64,000 nucleotides of DNA from Gammaproteobacteria bacterium (GTDB lineage: Bacteria > Pseudomonadota > Gammaproteobacteria > GCA-001735895), in assembly GCA_024638385.1 (NCBI GenBank), contig JAHEKJ010000231.1, positions 71,835-135,834 of the forward strand, given 5' to 3'. Within the stretch, counting starts at the first letter, position 1, and the number at the start of each line of letters is the position of its first letter. The notes under the pieces are model-generated. The model was given only the letters and a program-made list of their open reading frames with translations, searched no databases and was not told the DNA's origin. The position numbers were made by a program, and so were the translations under genes. Shown piece by piece: positions 58,344 to 64,000 of this stretch.

Positions 58344-58528
58344 ATTCGATTTTTTCGACCAGTTTCCGATTACCAATACAGCATCGATTCGCCCCCGGCT
58401 TATTGATGCAGGTCAGGGTGGTGTGTTCCGGAACCACCGCGCGCCGGGTCGAACCGGCAAGCGACTCCCGATTCGAAAACGCGCTTCGCGGGCCGAACAG
58501 GTATAGCGATTCGCCGCACGGACGCCAT

Positions 58529-59602
58529 TTACCCCGGATCCGTGCCCGGCGCTCTGGCCAGCGACGACAGGAGTTTGCGCACCGGCGTCGGCAGGCCGCG
58601 AGAAGCCAGATCGGCGGGATCGACCCAGGCGTAGTTGTCGGTATCGGCGATTCGCGACGGCAACGAATCGAGCTCGATGATCGCCAGCGAAATATCGAGA
58701 CTGTAGTGCGTGAACTGGTGACGGATGACGTCGGGCTGGACTTTCTGCGGCGCCCGCGCTGTTTGCAGAAAGCTTTGCTGCCACAACGGGATCGCGGCCT
58801 CGTTGTCGACCTCCGGCAGCGACCAGAGCCCTCCCCAGATCCCGCTCGGCGGCCGCCGCCAGAGCAGGATCCGGTAGTCGCAGCGATGCAGCAGCATCAG
58901 CGTGCGCCTGTGCGGCCTGGCCTTGCCGGGCTTTTTTTGCGGGTACTGCGCCTGGCTGTGGTGGTGGTAGCTGAGGCAGATTTTCTTCAACGGGCAGGCT
59001 TCGCACTTCGGGCTGGATTTGACGCAAAGCATCGAGCCGATGTCCATCATGCCCTGGTTGAATTCCGCCGCGTTCTGCTCCGGCGTGATCGACTCGGCGA
59101 GGTACCACAGCTGTTTCATCGTATCGCTGCGTCCATACCAGCCCGCCACCCGGAAACAGCGCGCGAGAACCCGCTTGACGTTGCCGTCGAGGATCGGCCA
59201 GCGCTGGCCGGCGGCAAAGCTCAGGATCGCGCCGGCGGTCGAGCGGCCGACGCCCGGCAGCGCGGCGACCTGCTCGAACTTGCGCGGAAAGCGGCCGCGA
59301 TGACGATCGCGTATCAGCCGGGCGGCCTTGTGCAGGTTGCGCGCACGCGCGTAGTAGCCGAGTCCCTGCCATTGTTGCAAGACCTCGTCGACGCTCGCCT
59401 CGGCGAGCGTCTTGAGGGTCGGAAAGCGCTTGACGAAGGCCCGGTAGTACGGGATGACCGTCGCCACCTGGGTTTGCTGCAGCATGATCTCGGACAGCCA
59501 CACGCGGTAGGCGTTCTGCCCCTGCCAGGGCAGGTCGTGGCGGCCATAACGGCGGTACCAGTCGAGCACCGCGCGCGCGAAGCTGGCCGCGTCCACGTCC
59601 AT
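58529..59602 (-). CDS. mutY: A/G-specific adenine DNA glycosylase
   Basis: 357 aa. Pattern: LPWQ...YRVWLSEIMLQQTQV, GLGYYARARNL, a C-x6-C-x2-C-x5-C FeS cluster (CVKSSPKCEACPLKKIC) and a NUDIX-like C-terminal domain. Confidence 0.92.
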   Translation of the reverse strand: MDVDAASFARAVLDWYRRYGRHDLPWQGQNAYRVWLSEIMLQQTQVATVIPYYRAFVKRFPTLKTLAEASVDEVLQQWQGLGYYARARNLHKAARLIRDRHRGRFPRKFEQVAALPGVGRSTAGAILSFAAGQRWPILDGNVKRVLARCFRVAGWYGRSDTMKQLWYLAESITPEQNAAEFNQGMMDIGSMLCVKSSPKCEACPLKKICLSYHHHSQAQYPQKKPGKARPHRRTLMLLHRCDYRILLWRRPPSGIWGGLWSLPEVDNEAAIPLWQQSFLQTARAPQKVQPDVIRHQFTHYSLDISLAIIELDSLPSRIADTDNYAWVDPADLASRGLPTPVRKLLSSLARAPGTDPG

Positions 59603-61477
59603 TCAGTCGAGCAGCTTCTTCAACAGCTCGTCTTTCTTTTCCTGTTTCTTTTGCTCGAGCTTCGCGCGTTCTATTTCCTTGCGCTTTTCGAGTTCGCGCC
59701 GGCGCGAATCCTCGAGCGCCTTTTTCTCGGCCTCCAGGGCTTCCTGCACCGCGCGCTTTTGCGCCTCGATCTCGCCCTTGAGGCGAGCCTTCTCGGCATC
59801 GGCGCGCGCCTTCAGCATTTCGTCGAGCAACACGTCGATCTTCGGCGCCGCGAAGGGCCCCTTGATGCTGACCGGAATCTCGAGCCCGGCGAGTTCGTCG
59901 GCCGCCTTGCCCTGCTGGCCCTCGGCCGTGCCGACGAGCTTGGCGTTGACGAGATAGTTGATCGTATTGTCGACCAGGTTCGCGCTGCCGCTGCCGCGCG
60001 CGCGCAGCAGCGGCGCCTGCAAATCGAGATCGTTGCTCGAAAAGACGCCCTGCGAAATGACACCGGCCAGTGACAGCGACGAGAAATCGGTTTTCAGGTC
60101 CTGTCTGGGCGGCGGCGGCTCCCCGCGCAGCTTCGCCTTCGCGGCCTCGATCGACTGGCGAATATTGACGCCCTTGAGCGCACCGTCGAGCACAGCGAGC
60201 TTCATCCGACCATCGCTGTTGGCGCGCAGCTGGCGCACCGATTCACCGCGGGTCCTGACTTCGACGTCGGCCGAGAGCGCGCCGGAAAGGGTATCCAGCG
60301 CGGCGTAGTCGACCAGCATGCCGCCGACCTCGACCCCGTCGATTTTTTTACTGATCTCGTATACCGGCACCGCGCCGCGGACGTCGACCGTCGCCGCGAC
60401 CTCGACCGTGCCGCTGTAGGTTTTCATCGTGATCGGGCCGAGCGCGACGATGCCGTCCTTCGCCTTCAGCGTAACCCTGACGTCGCTCATCCTGAGGTTT
60501 TGCAACTTCATTTGCGCGATCGCCAGGCGGCCGTCGATGTCGAGCCCGCGCAGCGTCTCGACCGGCAATTCGATCGGCGTATCCTCGGCCGGCGAGGTAC
60601 CCGCGGGCGCATTCGCGGCCTCGAGATTATCCTCTTCGCCGAAACCCGACGCGGCCAGCAGCGAATCGACATCGAGCTCCTCAGATTCGAGATCGAAGCG
60701 CAGCACCGGTTGCGAGAAATCGCTAAGCTGCACGCGGCCATCGAGCCGGAACCGGTTGAGCCCCAGCGACAGGGATTCGAGGGTCAACTGCTGGCGATCG
60801 ATCAGGTATTCGACCTCGCTCTTCAGATCGATATTGATGTCGATATCGCCGGCGGCGCTGGCGTCGAGCTTGAGCGCGAGCGGAAACGGCTTGTTCGGTT
60901 CGATTCGGCCGGTGCTGATATCGAGGTCGGTGATGCGAAACTCGGTGCCGGCCTGCCTGTCCAGCCAGACGAGGCGAATGTTCTGCAGGTCGAGACCGCC
61001 GAAGGCCCCGCGCAGGCTCATGCCGCCGGTGGTCTTATCGTCGGCCCTCGCGCCCTGCGCGACGGGTTTGTCCGCGGGAACGAGGTCATCCCAGTTGGTC
61101 ACGCCGGCCTCGTTCCTGACCAGGAAGACGTCGAGATCGCGCAGCACCAGCTTGTCGATCTCCGGCGTCATCGTGATCAGCGACGCGAAGTCGACGCTGA
61201 CGCTCGCCTCCTCGACCTTGATCATCGGCTGCCCGCCGAAGCTCGGCGGATTGGAGAAACGCATCGCGCCCAGTTTCATGCCGAGCGCCGGGTAAATCGT
61301 CAGGCTGACGTCGCCGACGAACTCGAGGTCCCGGCCGGTCTTCGCGCGCACCAGCTCGGAAAGATCGTCCTTGTAGGCGTTGGCGTCGAACACGGCAAGA
61401 AATATCGCGACGATCGCAACGAGGAAAGCGATGCCGGCGACGAGGCCGAGCATCAGAAAACGCATCAGTTTTTTCAT
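59603..61477 (-). CDS. AsmA-family outer-membrane biogenesis protein with Lys/Glu-rich coiled-coil tail
   Basis: Start taken at MKKLMRFLMLGLVAGIAFLV (ATG 61477). AsmA-like N-terminus (DANAYKDDLSELVRAKTGRDLEF) and repetitive beta-rich body. Confidence 0.8.
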   Translation of the reverse strand: MKKLMRFLMLGLVAGIAFLVAIVAIFLAVFDANAYKDDLSELVRAKTGRDLEFVGDVSLTIYPALGMKLGAMRFSNPPSFGGQPMIKVEEASVSVDFASLITMTPEIDKLVLRDLDVFLVRNEAGVTNWDDLVPADKPVAQGARADDKTTGGMSLRGAFGGLDLQNIRLVWLDRQAGTEFRITDLDISTGRIEPNKPFPLALKLDASAAGDIDINIDLKSEVEYLIDRQQLTLESLSLGLNRFRLDGRVQLSDFSQPVLRFDLESEELDVDSLLAASGFGEEDNLEAANAPAGTSPAEDTPIELPVETLRGLDIDGRLAIAQMKLQNLRMSDVRVTLKAKDGIVALGPITMKTYSGTVEVAATVDVRGAVPVYEISKKIDGVEVGGMLVDYAALDTLSGALSADVEVRTRGESVRQLRANSDGRMKLAVLDGALKGVNIRQSIEAAKAKLRGEPPPPRQDLKTDFSSLSLAGVISQGVFSSNDLDLQAPLLRARGSGSANLVDNTINYLVNAKLVGTAEGQQGKAADELAGLEIPVSIKGPFAAPKIDVLLDEMLKARADAEKARLKGEIEAQKRAVQEALEAEKKALEDSRRRELEKRKEIERAKLEQKKQEKKDELLKKLLD

Positions 61478-61559
61478 GGCTGCGCGCGGCTTTATCGAGC
61501 CACGCCGATCTGTTCTAATGGCCGGCAATGTGTCACGAAACGGACGCCGATTCAAGCTA

Positions 61560-62615
61560 ATGGAAAATCGACTCGACGACTGGCGCGGCCGCCTCGCCGG
61601 AGGGAAGCCTGCGGGCGGTGGCCAGGCCCGGTCCGGCCGGCTTCGGCCGATTGCGCTCGCGGTCGGCCTGGTTCTGCTGCTGCTGGTGCTGATCGGCGTC
61701 TACTGGAGCGACGAACCCGACCCATTCGACATCGAGCAGGCCGCCATCGCGCATGCGCCGGCGACCGAATCGCGCCTGACTACCGGCAGCTATACGACCA
61801 GCGCGCTGATCACCGCGATGGAAACCCTGCTGAACAAGCGTGGCGGCTACCTCTCCAACGACATCACGCCGCCGTCGATCTGGCTAGACAATATCCCCAA
61901 CTGGGAGTTCGGCGTGCTCGTGCAGTGCCGCGACCTCGCCCGCTCGATGCGCAACGATTTCAGCCGCTCGCAGTCGCAATCGGTAGAGGATGCGGACCTC
62001 ATCGTGACCGAGCCCAAGTTCAACTTCGACAATAATTCGTGGTTCCTGCCCGCCAGCGAAAGCGTCTACCGGGAAGGTATCGGCGCGCTCTACGGCTACC
62101 TCGAGCGGCTGCAGGACCCGAACGATCCCGACGCGCAATTCTATGCCCGCGCGGACAATCTCAACGGCTGGCTCGACCAGGTCGGCAGCCGGCTCGGCAG
62201 CCTGTCGCAGCGGCTGTCGGCGAGTGTCGGCCAGGTCCGGCTCAATACCGACCTCGCCGGCGACCCCGAGGCCGAGCAGTCGACGCCGACCAGTCCGCAG
62301 CAGCTCGTCAAGACGCCCTGGCTCGAAGTCGACGACGTGTTCTACGAAGCGCGCGGCGCGAGCTGGGCGCTGGTGCACTTCCTCAAGGCGGTCGAGATCG
62401 ATTTCGAGCCGATCCTGCAAAAGAAAAACGCGTTGATCAGCCTGCGGCAGATCATTCGCGAACTCGAGGCGACGCAGGCAACGCTGTGGAGCCCGATGGT
62501 GCTGAACGGCAGCGGCTTCGGCCTGTTCGCCAACCACTCCCTGGTCATGGCGTCGTACATCTCGCGCGCCAACGCCGCCATCATCGACCTGCGCGCGCTC
62601 CTCGCCCAGGGCTAG
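61560..62615 (+). CDS. DUF2333-family membrane protein
   Basis: Start taken at MENRLDDWRG (ATG 61560). One TM segment, then GGYLSNDITPPSIWLDNIPNWEFGVL, typical of DUF2333. Confidence 0.65.
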   Translation: MENRLDDWRGRLAGGKPAGGGQARSGRLRPIALAVGLVLLLLVLIGVYWSDEPDPFDIEQAAIAHAPATESRLTTGSYTTSALITAMETLLNKRGGYLSNDITPPSIWLDNIPNWEFGVLVQCRDLARSMRNDFSRSQSQSVEDADLIVTEPKFNFDNNSWFLPASESVYREGIGALYGYLERLQDPNDPDAQFYARADNLNGWLDQVGSRLGSLSQRLSASVGQVRLNTDLAGDPEAEQSTPTSPQQLVKTPWLEVDDVFYEARGASWALVHFLKAVEIDFEPILQKKNALISLRQIIRELEATQATLWSPMVLNGSGFGLFANHSLVMASYISRANAAIIDLRALLAQG

Positions 62616-62646
62616 TCACGGCAAGGTCTCCCGCAAGGCGCGCGGG

Positions 62647-62664
62647 ATGCCGGCGGCATTTTTA
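62647..62664 (+). terminator. Candidate rho-independent terminator after the DUF2333 gene
   Basis: atgcc-ggc-ggcat hairpin (5-bp stem) followed by ttttta. Weak stem, so low confidence. Confidence 0.35.
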
Positions 62665-62758
62665 CTTCGAGCCGAATTCGGCCAACCCGCGCCACCGGGT
62701 TGGTTCCGATTCCCCTCGGGATTCCGCGATCGAGTCGAGGGATGACGCTACCAGGGTA

Positions 62759-62780
62759 ATCCCGCGCACAGGCGCGGGAT
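62759..62780. repeat. REP-like hairpin atcccgcgc-acag-gcgcgggat
   Basis: 9-bp perfect stem with a 4-nt loop, preceded by gagggatgacg. Resembles the widespread gtaatcccgcg...cgggat intergenic palindromes. Confidence 0.4.
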
Positions 62781-62927
62781 CCGCCGGGATGCTCAATGGA
62801 CCACAATCAACAACAGCCGCGCCACCGGCACACCGCAGGCTCTGAGCCAGCGAGCCCGTGAAACTCCGTGAGAAAACTCGCCGCCGGATAGGACGATGGC
62901 CGCATACCAGGCGCGCGATCTCCGCAA

Positions 62928-64000
62928 TCAGGTGGCTTGCTTGCGGGACGGCAGCGCGGTGGTCTTGTCGACCTCGACGCGGTTGCGGCCGTTGCGCTTG
63001 GCGGTGTACAGCGCGCGGTCGGCGCGCAGCACCACCTCGTCGAAGGTCTCGACGTCGCGGCTCACCGCGACACCGATACTGGTCGTGATCCTGCCGACCG
63101 GTTCGATCAGCCGGTTGGCGACCATCGCGACGAGTCGCCCGGCGAATTCGGCGGCTTCATCGATACCCGAATTGCGCGCGAGGATCATGAATTCCTCGCC
63201 ACCCCAGCGGCCGAACTCGTCGACATCGCGAAGGGCTTCGCGAATGCTGTTGGTGAATTCCTTCAGCACCAGGTCGCCGGTCTTGTGACCCCACTGGTCG
63301 TTGACGTTCTTGAAGTGGTCGATATCGAGCAACAGCACCGCAAACGAGGTCTTGTAGCGGCGCGCTTCGGCCCCGAGTTTGGCGCCGACCTCCTCGATCG
63401 CGCGCCGATTGTAGATCTGGGTCAACTCGTCGGTGCTGGCGATGATCTCGAGGCGTTCGTTGGTCAGGTGCAGCTTGAACTCGACCGCCTCGCGCTCGGC
63501 GATTTCCCGCGCCAGCTGGTCGGCCCGGCCCTGGTCGATGATCGCGCGGCCGCTCAGAATCAACAGGAATGTCGACAGCGCGATGGTGAACATCAGGCCG
63601 GTCACGAAAACACCCCACAGCGTCCACAGGTGCGTACCCGACAGGTACTCCGGTGCCGCCACGATTTCGTACGACCAGTTGCGCTTGCCGAAACCATAGG
63701 TCTTCTGCCAACGCATCGCGCCGTCGTCGATCACCTCGTCTTCGACCGGCAGCATACGGCCCTGGTCGCGCCGGTAATGCGCCAGCGGCATCGGCCGCGC
63801 GGCGTTGTCAACATCGGTCAGGCCCAGTATGACGTTATTCATACCGCTGCCTTCGGTCGCTTCCATCAGCAGGCTACCGATGCGAAACACGCCGACGACG
63901 TAACCGCTCGGCAAATCGGCGGCGGCGGCCAGCTGTCGCGAGGCCGACGGGTAACGCTCGACCGGCAGGAAGAACAGCACGCCGGCCTGGCTGCCCGATT
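62928..64000 (-). CDS. Membrane diguanylate cyclase with periplasmic sensor domain (CHASE-like), N-terminus beyond the window end
   Basis: GGDEF domain (GRWGGEEF with RDVD I-site). One TM segment (LWTLWGVFVTGLMFTIALSTFLLIL) preceded by sensor-domain sequence that continues in frame to the window edge. Confidence 0.85.
   Translation of the reverse strand, partial: SGSQAGVLFFLPVERYPSASRQLAAAADLPSGYVVGVFRIGSLLMEATEGSGMNNVILGLTDVDNAARPMPLAHYRRDQGRMLPVEDEVIDDGAMRWQKTYGFGKRNWSYEIVAAPEYLSGTHLWTLWGVFVTGLMFTIALSTFLLILSGRAIIDQGRADQLAREIAEREAVEFKLHLTNERLEIIASTDELTQIYNRRAIEEVGAKLGAEARRYKTSFAVLLLDIDHFKNVNDQWGHKTGDLVLKEFTNSIREALRDVDEFGRWGGEEFMILARNSGIDEAAEFAGRLVAMVANRLIEPVGRITTSIGVAVSRDVETFDEVVLRADRALYTAKRNGRNRVEVDKTTALPSRKQAT

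Noticed and set aside
58268-62035. Long plus-strand ORFs (601 aa and 511 aa) opposite mutY and asmA
   Set aside because: The opposite strand encodes clear MutY and AsmA proteins. These translations are Arg/Leu-rich low-complexity with no motifs.

Overview
High-GC, Proteobacteria-type chromosomal segment (TRAP and LIV transporters, TonB-dependent receptor, AsmA, MutY, many c-di-GMP proteins), almost fully coding. All family calls come from reading the translated ORFs and recognising motifs; nothing was searched or computed, and the few G+C figures are hand counts of single 60-nt lines. The main feature is a ~10.7-kb integrase-less genomic island (38734..49497). It is inserted at a minus-strand tRNA-Phe(GAA) gene and bounded by a 46-nt direct repeat of the tRNA 3' half. 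It is visibly lower in G+C than its flanks and carries decayed gene fragments at both ends. The island holds a tightly overlapping seven-gene operon matching the Clostridium-type oxidative (Stickland) ornithine pathway: ord-ortA-ortB-oraS-oraE-orr plus alr, with a CapA-like gene nearby. Elsewhere in the window:
- An aminotransferase/TRAP/crotonase/CoA-transferase catabolic locus.
- An archease-RtcB RNA-ligase pair running into two exported-protein genes.
- A cpgS-like P-loop gene convergent with carbamate kinase and ornithine carbamoyltransferase.
- A LIV-type ABC system followed by a palindromic element expanded into a 34-bp tandem array.
- A J-domain/membrane/Sel1 fusion.
- A 1713-aa single-polypeptide phosphorelay ending in GGDEF-EAL, translationally coupled to an HDOD protein.
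- A DUF4382 / TonB-dependent receptor / YfiR-like / GGDEF-EAL operon.
- An orphan AmmeMemoRadiSam-type radical SAM enzyme.
Many long antisense ORFs in the track are high-GC artefacts and were rejected.
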